A stretch of DNA of 64,000 nt, from contig JACKEN010000001.1 of the NCBI GenBank assembly GCA_020632995.1, positions 265,140-329,139 on the forward strand, in the 5' to 3' direction. The translations under genes were made by a program, and so were the position numbers. Each line of letters begins with the position of its first letter. The first letter of the stretch is position 1. The stretch comes from Deltaproteobacteria bacterium (GTDB lineage Bacteria; Myxococcota; Kuafuiibacteriia; Kuafuiibacteriales; Kuafuiibacteriaceae). Shown in pieces: positions 50,482-58,525 of this stretch. Under the pieces are notes generated by a model. It saw nothing but the letters and a program-made list of their open reading frames with translations, searched no databases and had not been told where the DNA came from.

Positions 50482-51531
50482 ATGGAACCGACGATTCGTA
50501 CATTCAGAGACTATGCGTCCGATTCGATTGGGAATTTGGTTCTCGGGGAGGGGTTCCCGCCGGATCCGGATATCCGTCCGGGGATAATTGCCATCCTTGA
50601 TGTTCTCTCTGCATACTTTGAGGAAGGAAAAAGATTGTATCCTGAGGTTGTTGTAACCTCCTCGATCGATGGATTGGTTGCGTTTCTCCCTGGGTATCGG
50701 ATCGTGATGGTCGGGGAAGGGCCGCCTGAGCAGGGGACTTATCAGAAGGCGCTCAAGACCTGCGCCCCGCTCGCCCAGAATGGCTGGGCAATCGCGTTGC
50801 AGGTCTCTTCCGAGCGCCTTAAGTACGGGATTCTGACGGCCGAGACGTCTCCGATAAGCCCCGCGCTGTGGAGGCTGGTCGTCGGAGATCTTGCTGAGTA
50901 TGGATCTGATCCTGAGCCTCGTGTTGCGATGCTTCGCTCGTTGGGGCAGAATACTGTTGAGATTCGTGGAAGGAGGGCTGCCTTGCAGCTGGTCTTCTCG
51001 GTTCGTGTCGCTGCTCCGCACGATGCATCTCCCAGAGATGTGGTCCTTGATCAACTGGTGCGAGACATAGGTGAGGAGTCAAGAGACAAGGTCAGAGCGT
51101 TTCTGCAGCGTGTCCTTGAGGATGCCTTTCGCGGTGGTCACGGCTGCCTAATTGGAGTCGTGGATGATGCGGACGACTCCGTGCGCGGACTTAGGCAGGA
51201 TTTTCCGGATGCGCACCACCTCAGTGTCCCAATTTCGCTCGGCAAGGTGCTTGTGGAATGCGAGACACAGAATACCATTCGGAGCGCAACCGAGCTTCGG
51301 TTGGCTGCTGAAGTGGTTACCAACATGATAAACCACGATGGAATTGCGGTCTTTACGTCAAGTGGGAGACTGATTGCATTCAACCTCTTCGTGCCGAAGC
51401 CTGATGAAGTGAGAACGATGGGCGGGGCCCGTTCTCGTGCCTTTGAGCAGATGAGAAGCTCGAGCAGGTTCATTTGTTGTTTTATACGGTCGCAGGATGG
51501 TGCGATGCGTGTTTGGAGGTCCCAACAGTGA
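50482..51531 (+). CDS. Hypothetical protein with a divergent diadenylate-cyclase (DAC/DisA_N)-like C-terminal domain, encoded on the low-GC island
   Basis: GHGCLIGVVDD, then HDGIAVFTSSGRLIAFNLF, then GGARSRAFEQM, then SRFICCFIRSQDGAMRV align to GALIVIE ... HDGAVII ... GTRHRAALGIS ... TIVVSEETGGISL of CdaA/DisA. The RHR is replaced by RSR. The ATG is at 50482. Confidence 0.5.
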   Translation: MEPTIRTFRDYASDSIGNLVLGEGFPPDPDIRPGIIAILDVLSAYFEEGKRLYPEVVVTSSIDGLVAFLPGYRIVMVGEGPPEQGTYQKALKTCAPLAQNGWAIALQVSSERLKYGILTAETSPISPALWRLVVGDLAEYGSDPEPRVAMLRSLGQNTVEIRGRRAALQLVFSVRVAAPHDASPRDVVLDQLVRDIGEESRDKVRAFLQRVLEDAFRGGHGCLIGVVDDADDSVRGLRQDFPDAHHLSVPISLGKVLVECETQNTIRSATELRLAAEVVTNMINHDGIAVFTSSGRLIAFNLFVPKPDEVRTMGGARSRAFEQMRSSSRFICCFIRSQDGAMRVWRSQQ

Positions 51532-52844
51532 CGGAAAAGAGTCTGGTGCCGTGGGTCGGGCCTGAAGGGTTGGCTCTTCCCCCGTCGATAAGAGAGCCGT
51601 CCGAAATCCTGCGGTACGCGGTTGCGCTGAAGCCTGCCGACCAACTGCGAATAGTCTCGGCGTTTGCGAGCGGTCATGAAGACATGGCAGCCGAGTTCGT
51701 CTGGAGGCGGTCGATGACTCGATTGCGCGATAATCTCGCGCAGTTGGGAATGCGTTTCGTAGGGGAGATGCTGGATCGAGAGGATGTCGATGAGTCCAGT
51801 TCGCCCGCGAATGTGCTGACAGACTATGACTCGATTCGCTTGGCGGAGGCGCTTGGTGTGGTGAATGCGACTGGGGCATTGCGACTTCGGCATGCTCTAG
51901 AACTCATTACGCATTTTGCATCTGGGGAGACCGAAGAGCAGCTCGGGCATATCGACGCAGTCCAAACGGTACGAGCTTGTGTTCAGTACCTGTTGGGTTC
52001 CGAGGATATCAGGGCCTCGGTGGACTTCTCCGAGTTTCGGGAGCGCTTGCTCACGGAATCCATCCAGTCTGATGATGGTGCTTTTGAGCGCCTACGTGCC
52101 TCGCCCGTCTTTTTCGTGCGAACGACGCTCCGGACCTTGCTCGCTGCGGTAAAATCCGAACATGGTGCTCGCCTTGAGCATGCGCTCAACAATCTCGTGA
52201 CTGCGCTGCCAATCGTTTGGGATCCGCTCCCTGAAACTGACCGGTGGTCAGTTGGAATGGCGTATTCTGAAGCATCGGCATTTGGCAATGAAGAGGCGAT
52301 GACCGCACTAAAACGTGGTCTCATTCGTGTTCGTGGATTTGACTACGTGCCCGAGGATCTCAGGTCTCGCACGTTCAAGAAGGCGGCGCAGGCGGTAATG
52401 GCTGCGCATCATGGATGGAACAACTTTTACAACGAGCCTGGTCCGACGCGGTACCTCAGCGGGCTGGGAACTACCATTCCGCCGGCAGCGCTTGCTGAGT
52501 GCATGCAGGCATATTTGTCCGTCTATCTCGGGAATAGATATGGTGTTTCGTGGGATGCGGCATCTGTTTCTCTTGATGTTCTGAAGGGCGTCCCTGAAAG
52601 CCGCTGGCAGTACTATCTGGAAAAGATGCTCGTCGTCGATGATGAGGTGCTTCGAAAGCTCACGCAATCAAGGCCAGTTGGGCGATTCTGTGAACTGGCG
52701 GATGAATTGGGCTTGGCCAACAAGGTGAATGGCTCCTCGGATATCTTCGCCCTTCTGCAGGCTGCAGAGAAACGGAATACTGTCCGCGTTCAATCTCGCG
52801 CAGAGAAGCTCCTTCAGAACATGGGGAGCGCGGCTGGTTCGTAG
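51528..52844 (+). CDS. Hypothetical protein (about 438 aa, helical) whose GTG start overlaps the TGA stop of the upstream gene. Encoded on the low-GC island.
   Basis: A GTGA start/stop overlap at 51528-51531 suggests translational coupling. No domain is recognised. Confidence 0.5.
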   Translation: MTEKSLVPWVGPEGLALPPSIREPSEILRYAVALKPADQLRIVSAFASGHEDMAAEFVWRRSMTRLRDNLAQLGMRFVGEMLDREDVDESSSPANVLTDYDSIRLAEALGVVNATGALRLRHALELITHFASGETEEQLGHIDAVQTVRACVQYLLGSEDIRASVDFSEFRERLLTESIQSDDGAFERLRASPVFFVRTTLRTLLAAVKSEHGARLEHALNNLVTALPIVWDPLPETDRWSVGMAYSEASAFGNEEAMTALKRGLIRVRGFDYVPEDLRSRTFKKAAQAVMAAHHGWNNFYNEPGPTRYLSGLGTTIPPAALAECMQAYLSVYLGNRYGVSWDAASVSLDVLKGVPESRWQYYLEKMLVVDDEVLRKLTQSRPVGRFCELADELGLANKVNGSSDIFALLQAAEKRNTVRVQSRAEKLLQNMGSAAGS

Positions 52845-52857
52845 GTCTGAAGACCTC

Positions 52858-54459
52858 TCAAAACCGCACGTCGATAGGCCCAATACTCCGCGTAGGCGAA
52901 GTATCCCGCCCCGCCGCCCAAACCCCCACCGCGGTCGCCCCCCCGACCACCGCCACGCCAGTAGCCACCCACCAGACCCACCCCGGCACCTTCACCCCCG
53001 CGTCCACCAGGTCCTTCACCGGCACCGACGCAGGATCCGGATCCCCATAGGTCGCAAGCACCACCCCAGACACGTCCTGGGCCAGCACCTTCACCAGCGC
53101 CACGTCATACGAGAACGCATCGGGCTCCCCGCTGAAGCGCGCCACCAGGTGCGGCGCCCCGTCGACCTGCTCGGCGCGGACCTTCTGGCTCTTGTCCAAG
53201 GCGCCGCCGAAGCCCCACAGCTCGATCTGCCCCCCGGAGACCAGGCCGTGGGGGTCGTCGGCGAGCAGGGCGTCGACCACCAGCTCGACGCCGTCGTCGG
53301 CGGGGCGGCGCTCCACCGTGACGGCGGAGACGGCGAGGGCACCTTCGCAGGCCGCCTTGCCCGACGCCTCTTGAAAGCGCGCTTGCAGGGCGGGGCGGGT
53401 CAGCTTCACCTGCAGCGCGGGGTCGAGGCAGCGGGCGGCGCCAATGAGGCGGGCGGCGGCCGCGTCCCGGCCGCGGAGGTAGTTCACGGCGGCCAGCAAC
53501 GCCAGGGTCTCGGCCAGCTCCGCGTGCTCGAGGCGGCCGCTGGTGCGGAGCTTGTTCAGGAAGCCCTCGGCCTCGTCGACCTGCAGGTCGTCGAGGGCGC
53601 GGCGGGCGAGGGCGAGGGCCTGGTCGGTGGTCACGCCCTCGATCGCGCGGGCCCGCGCCGCGGGGCCGGTGGGCTTGTCGCTGAGGGCGCCGATGGCGCG
53701 GGCGGCGGCGGCGGCGAGGGCGAGGTCCTTCGCGTCGGCGGCGTGGCGGAGGCGGGCGCGGGCGATGTCGGCCCGGAGGCGGTGGGCGAGGAAGCGCTCG
53801 AGCACCGAGTCCTTCTCGGCCGGCACACGGCCGGGGGAGGGTGGGCGGTCCACGCGGTCGAGGCGCAGGTAGTGCTTCAGCTCGGGGAGGGCCTCGGCCG
53901 CCTTCTGGGCCACCGCCTGCAGCGCGATGAAGGCGGCGCGGTCGGCCTCGATCTCCAGCACGCTCGGCGCGCTCGCGGTGACCTTCACCGTCTGCTCGAC
54001 CTCGGCCCGGCCGGCCGGGGCGTCGTCGGGGCCGCGGACCTCGAGCGCCATCTGCAGGCTGAGTTGCGCGCCGGGCTCGGCCGAGGTGGCGCGCACCGCG
54101 TAGCGGACGAGCACCCCGCCCTTGGTGGGGGCGCCGAGCTCGCCGAAGGGCGCGACCCACAGGCCGCGGGGGGCGCGGATGGCGAGGGGCACGACGCGGG
54201 GGCGCTCGGGGAGGGGGCGGGTGAGGCGGACGGGGAGCTCCACGAACACGGTGTCACCCGCCGCGAGCTCCAGGGTCGGGCCGTAGGGCACCACGCGGGT
54301 CGTCTGCGCGACGTGGGCGGCGAGGACCTGGGCGTCGGTGGCCTCGGCCGGGGCCGCGTCGGCGAAGGAGAGGTCCTCCTCACCCGGGGCCGCGGCCAGG
54401 CAGAGGAGCCCCACCAGGGCGATGGCGCCGGTCCCGTGCACCGCGCACGACGCTAGCAC
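52858..54459 (-). CDS. Secreted hypothetical protein with a C-terminal TM anchor
   Basis: The N-terminal signal is VHGTGAIALVGLLCLAAAP. A C-terminal hydrophobic segment WVWWVATGVAVVGGATAVGVWAA is present. The frame is high-GC. Confidence 0.5.
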   Translation of the reverse strand: MLASCAVHGTGAIALVGLLCLAAAPGEEDLSFADAAPAEATDAQVLAAHVAQTTRVVPYGPTLELAAGDTVFVELPVRLTRPLPERPRVVPLAIRAPRGLWVAPFGELGAPTKGGVLVRYAVRATSAEPGAQLSLQMALEVRGPDDAPAGRAEVEQTVKVTASAPSVLEIEADRAAFIALQAVAQKAAEALPELKHYLRLDRVDRPPSPGRVPAEKDSVLERFLAHRLRADIARARLRHAADAKDLALAAAAARAIGALSDKPTGPAARARAIEGVTTDQALALARRALDDLQVDEAEGFLNKLRTSGRLEHAELAETLALLAAVNYLRGRDAAAARLIGAARCLDPALQVKLTRPALQARFQEASGKAACEGALAVSAVTVERRPADDGVELVVDALLADDPHGLVSGGQIELWGFGGALDKSQKVRAEQVDGAPHLVARFSGEPDAFSYDVALVKVLAQDVSGVVLATYGDPDPASVPVKDLVDAGVKVPGWVWWVATGVAVVGGATAVGVWAAGRDTSPTRSIGPIDVRF

Positions 54460-54644
54460 GAGGTCTGCCGAGGCGCGCCCCCACGTCCGCCTCCAGCCAC
54501 GAGGTCCGCTGCTTCGCGCCCCAAGCGTGTCCGGCCGACCGCAGCGCCTTGCCTCGACGCCACCCGAGAACGCCGCAGCCGTCGCTCGCGTGCCTCGCTC
54601 GAGCCCCCCGTGCGTCCACCCGCCCGCCCTGCTAGCCTCCGCTC

Positions 54645-55046
54645 GTGGCCCGCCGTCTCCGCTTCCCCCTGCTCCTGGCGTGGGCGCTGGTATGCCTGGC
54701 TGGCTGCGGCGGGCGCACCGTCCACCGCCCGCTGGAGCTGTTCGTGGGGGGGATCTCGGGCCGCGCGATGACCCTGGTGGTGCTGGTGTTCCCCGGCGGC
54801 GAGCCGGCCTGCGCGAGCATGAGCGCGTCGACCGCGCAGGGGGCCGACGCGCCGATCCGGGCGGAGTGGCACCGGGGCGCGGACGAGCGGGGGCTCCTGT
54901 TGGACGCGGTGGACGCCGAGCAGATCACCCTGGCGGTCTACACCGAGGACGCGGACGGGCAGGTGATCCAGTTCGTCTGCCAGGACATCGAATACGCGGA
55001 CCTGGAGTCACCGAGCCTGTCGATTCAGTTGCGCGCCGCGGGGTAG
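54645..55046 (+). CDS. Small lipoprotein, hypothetical
   Basis: RFPLLLAWALVCLAGCGG is the lipobox. The protein is 133 aa. Confidence 0.45.
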   Translation: MARRLRFPLLLAWALVCLAGCGGRTVHRPLELFVGGISGRAMTLVVLVFPGGEPACASMSASTAQGADAPIRAEWHRGADERGLLLDAVDAEQITLAVYTEDADGQVIQFVCQDIEYADLESPSLSIQLRAAG

Positions 55047-55064
55047 CTCACGTGTTCCATCTGC

Positions 55065-56357
55065 GTGACGACCGCGCTCCTGGCTCAAAAAAGATCTTCC
55101 GGGCCCGGGCTCGCCCCGTATAGTACGCGCGCCTTGTCCGAGCCGTTTGGATCCTTCGAGCTGCTGCGCCTGTTGGGCCGCGGTGGCATGGCCGAGGCTT
55201 TCATCGCCCAGCACAGCCCCGACGAGCACCCGCTGGTGCTGAAGCGGATCCGCCCCGACTACGCGCACAACGAGGAGTACCTGCGGCGCTTCGTGCTCGA
55301 GGCGCAGGTCGCGTCGCGCCTGCACCACCCGAACCTGGCGAGCTTCCGCGAGTTCGGGCGGGTAGGGCGCTGCCACTACCTCGTGATGGACATGGTGCGC
55401 GGGCACAGCCTGCACCGGCTCCTCGACGTGGTGTTCCTGCAGCAGGAGCCGCCGCCCCTCACCGTGGCGATGGCGCTGTCGGCCGGCATCCTCGACGGGC
55501 TCGCCGCGATGCACGCGGTGAAGGACGAGGCGGGGCGCCCGCGGCCGATGCTCCACCGCGACGTCACCCCCTCGAACGTGATCGTGGCCCAGGACGGGCA
55601 CCCGGTGATCATCGACTTCGGAATCACCAAGGACGTGCTCGGGCCCGCCATCACCCTGCCGGGCAAGGTGATCGGCACCGCGCGCTACATGTCGCCCGAG
55701 CACAGGAAGGCCGAGTACATCGACACCCGCGCCGACGTGTTCTCGGCCAGCGTGATCCTGTACGAGCTCCTCTTCGGCAAGCACCCCTGGCCGCCCCTCA
55801 ACACGATGAAGGAGCTCTTGCGGGTGACCTTCGATCCGCCGGAGATCACCGACGCGATGTCCGCGCACGTGCCGCGCGAGATCATCGACGTGGTCCTGAA
55901 GGGGCTGGCCAACGATCCCGCGGATCGCTTCACCGACGCGGCCGAGATGCGGGACGCCCTGTTCGCGTGCAAGACGTGCCCGCGCCAGCTGAACGCCGAG
56001 CGCCTCCACGAGGTGGCGGCCTGGGTCGACACCCTGAACCTGCCCCTCGACGAGGATCTGTCCCGGCCCGTGGTCGACCTGGTCGACGCCACGGGCGAGG
56101 AGGAGGTCATGTGGACGTCCTCCGGGAGCCTCTCCACCGACGAGGCGTGGGCCGAGGATCCGACCCTGCCGCCCTCCCAGCCCCTCACCGTGCCCCCGCT
56201 CCCGCCCCCTCGGGCCGCCGCCCTGGTCGAGGCCGGGGGCACCGAGGAGGTCGACGTGAAGGCGGCCCTGGGAACAACCCTGCCCGCCAAGCTCATCGGC
56301 ATCGGTGTGGCCTTGCTCACACTCGGCGGCCTGGTCTGGCTCTTCCTGGACTCGTAA
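55065..56357 (+). CDS. Ser/Thr protein kinase (cytoplasmic kinase domain plus a C-terminal TM)
   Basis: The motifs are GRGGMAEAF, LHRDVTPSNVIV, IIDFGITK, SPEH and DVFSASVILYELL. The C-terminal hydrophobic segment is LIGIGVALLTLGGLVWLFL. Confidence 0.85.
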   Translation: MTTALLAQKRSSGPGLAPYSTRALSEPFGSFELLRLLGRGGMAEAFIAQHSPDEHPLVLKRIRPDYAHNEEYLRRFVLEAQVASRLHHPNLASFREFGRVGRCHYLVMDMVRGHSLHRLLDVVFLQQEPPPLTVAMALSAGILDGLAAMHAVKDEAGRPRPMLHRDVTPSNVIVAQDGHPVIIDFGITKDVLGPAITLPGKVIGTARYMSPEHRKAEYIDTRADVFSASVILYELLFGKHPWPPLNTMKELLRVTFDPPEITDAMSAHVPREIIDVVLKGLANDPADRFTDAAEMRDALFACKTCPRQLNAERLHEVAAWVDTLNLPLDEDLSRPVVDLVDATGEEEVMWTSSGSLSTDEAWAEDPTLPPSQPLTVPPLPPPRAAALVEAGGTEEVDVKAALGTTLPAKLIGIGVALLTLGGLVWLFLDS

Positions 56358-56386
56358 GCGGACGGCAACTTCGTCCTTGGCCCGGG

Positions 56387-58525
56387 ATGGACTATCCTGA
56401 GGTGGCCGTGGCGGCGCCTGGTCCACGACAGTCTTTCAACGTCGACGTCCCGGGGCTCCTCGCGGCCCTCACCGAGCAGTTCCCGGAGCCGCTCCTCTGC
56501 GTCCGCGAGCTGGTGCAGAACGCGGCCGACGCGGGCTCGGGGCGCATCGAGACCGACGTGGCCTACGACGCCTCGCGAGGCCTCTTGCGCCTGTCGGTGC
56601 GGGACGACGGCCGCGGCATGAACGCGGACGAGGTCGAGGCGTACCTGACCATCGGCTTCTCCGACAAGGACACCAACCGGCAGCGCGGGCGCTTCGGGGT
56701 CGGGAAGCTGTCGCCGTACGCGCTCGGGATCATGCGCATGGTGGTGGAGACCTGCGACGGCCACCAGACCCATCGCATCAGCTTCAACTCCGACGGCTCG
56801 GGCACCATCGCGCGCCTCGAGGCGCGGCCGCGCGGCACCGTGGTGCGGGTCTACAAGCGCTGCGGTCGCGAGGAGGCCGAGGCGCTGGCCGAGCGCACCT
56901 TCAAGCTGGTGCAAGAGACCTGCGGCAGCATCGCGATCCCGCTCTTCGTCAACGGCACCCCGGTGAACCGGGACATCGCGCTGCCCACGATCTACGCCCT
57001 CAACTTCAACGCGCCGGCGGGCAAGGGCGTCCTCGGGATCACCGCGGAGCCCACGCACACGTTGATGGGCGGCGGCATCGTGCTCGAGACGGCGGCGCCG
57101 GTGCTGGGCGACGAGGTCTCGTACATCCTCGACTCGCCGCGCCTGTCGCCGACCCTGTCGCGGAACGCGGTGCGCCGGGACCAGGCCTTCGACGAGCTCC
57201 TCCGCGCGGCGCGCGCGCGCATGCCCGCCTTCACCGCGCACGTGGCGCGCCAGCTCCGGGTGCGCTGCGATCGCCTGCGCTCCGAGGGCACCCCGGTGGA
57301 GCGCGGGCTCGATCAGAACGATCGCGCCGCCCTCGAGTGGCTGCGCTCGCTCCTCTTGCAGCCCGAGGAGGACGCGCCGGGCTCGGTGGTGCGCGACGCG
57401 CCGGTGCTCGAGACGGCGGACGGCAGCCTGGTCTCGGCCAACGAGCTCATCGAGGTGATCCGGCGCGAGGGCCGGGTGCCGATCTCGCGGGTGCCGCGCA
57501 CCCCGGAGGAGATCGGCGGCTACGTGGATCGCGGGATCCCGGTGCTGCTCCTGTACCGCGACCTCGAGGACTTCCTCGAGCGCCAGGGCATCCCGAGCGT
57601 CGAGGTGGACGGCCTCGACGACGGGGTCGAGATCGAGGAGCTGGAGTGGGGCCGGGGCGAGGCGGCGCTCGCGGATCGCGCGATGGTGGTGAAGCGGGTC
57701 CCCGCCCGCGGCGCCGCAGTGGTGGTCGCGGTGGGCCTGTTGGCCGCGGCCGGCCTCGCCGGCTACGCGCGCTTCGGGGGCGGGCCGGCGGTGGACGCGC
57801 CGGTGGCGTACGCCCCCGCGCCCGGCGACGTGGTGGAGCCCGGCGACGCGCCGCCCGAGGGCGAGCCGGCGGCGTCGCCCCAGGAGACGCCCCCCACCGT
57901 GAGCCCGCCGCGCGCGAGCTCGCTCGTGACCCTGGCCGGGGTGGTGGCGGCGCTGTCCGCCGCAAGCGGGCTTGCGCTCATCTACCTGACCATGGCCTCC
58001 CGCCGGAAGCCGAGCCAGAGCTGGCTCCGGGCGGAGGCGGGGGCGCCCCTCACGGTGGGCGAGACCCGGCGGCGGCGCCTCAACGTGCTCTCCCGGGCCC
58101 TGCTGCACCCGGTGGACTTCGTGGTGGCGCGGGGCTGGTCCATGCGGGCCTCGGGGCCGAAGCCGCTCGGGGCCTCGGCCGGCATCCAGGGCTACCGCGA
58201 GCTCGCGCCCGAGCAGCCGATCCGCTCCGGGGTCCGCCTCGACCTCGACCGGGTGCGCATCGGCTTCGTCGACCTCATGTCGCAGTCCGGCGACCCGAAC
58301 GACGGCCGGGTGCTCCTGCGCCGGCAGGGGCGCATTCTCTTGAATAGAAACCACCCGACCATCCGCGATCTCATCCTGGTCGCGGAGTCGAACCCGATGC
58401 AGGCCCGCTTGCTCCTCGACGTGCTCCTCGCCACCGACCCGGACCTCGCCAAGGGCACCGACCCCCGCCAGGTGGAGTGGGATCTGTTGGGCCGGGCCGA
58501 GCAGGGCCTCAGGGGGCTCGCGTGA
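56387..58525 (+). CDS. Hsp90/HtpG-N-like GHKL ATPase domain protein (paralogue 1) with a mid-protein TM region
   Basis: ELVQNAADA is the N-box. VRDDGRGMN is the G1 box. GRFGVGKLS is the G2 box. The ATG is at 56387, 30 nt after the kinase stop. Confidence 0.7.
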   Translation: MDYPEVAVAAPGPRQSFNVDVPGLLAALTEQFPEPLLCVRELVQNAADAGSGRIETDVAYDASRGLLRLSVRDDGRGMNADEVEAYLTIGFSDKDTNRQRGRFGVGKLSPYALGIMRMVVETCDGHQTHRISFNSDGSGTIARLEARPRGTVVRVYKRCGREEAEALAERTFKLVQETCGSIAIPLFVNGTPVNRDIALPTIYALNFNAPAGKGVLGITAEPTHTLMGGGIVLETAAPVLGDEVSYILDSPRLSPTLSRNAVRRDQAFDELLRAARARMPAFTAHVARQLRVRCDRLRSEGTPVERGLDQNDRAALEWLRSLLLQPEEDAPGSVVRDAPVLETADGSLVSANELIEVIRREGRVPISRVPRTPEEIGGYVDRGIPVLLLYRDLEDFLERQGIPSVEVDGLDDGVEIEELEWGRGEAALADRAMVVKRVPARGAAVVVAVGLLAAAGLAGYARFGGGPAVDAPVAYAPAPGDVVEPGDAPPEGEPAASPQETPPTVSPPRASSLVTLAGVVAALSAASGLALIYLTMASRRKPSQSWLRAEAGAPLTVGETRRRRLNVLSRALLHPVDFVVARGWSMRASGPKPLGASAGIQGYRELAPEQPIRSGVRLDLDRVRIGFVDLMSQSGDPNDGRVLLRRQGRILLNRNHPTIRDLILVAESNPMQARLLLDVLLATDPDLAKGTDPRQVEWDLLGRAEQGLRGLA

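Noticed and set aside
48280-52855. The low-GC island as an active transposon, prophage or integrative element
   Set aside because: No transposase, integrase, terminal inverted repeats or phage structural genes are visible. I keep it as a compositional island or cargo module only.
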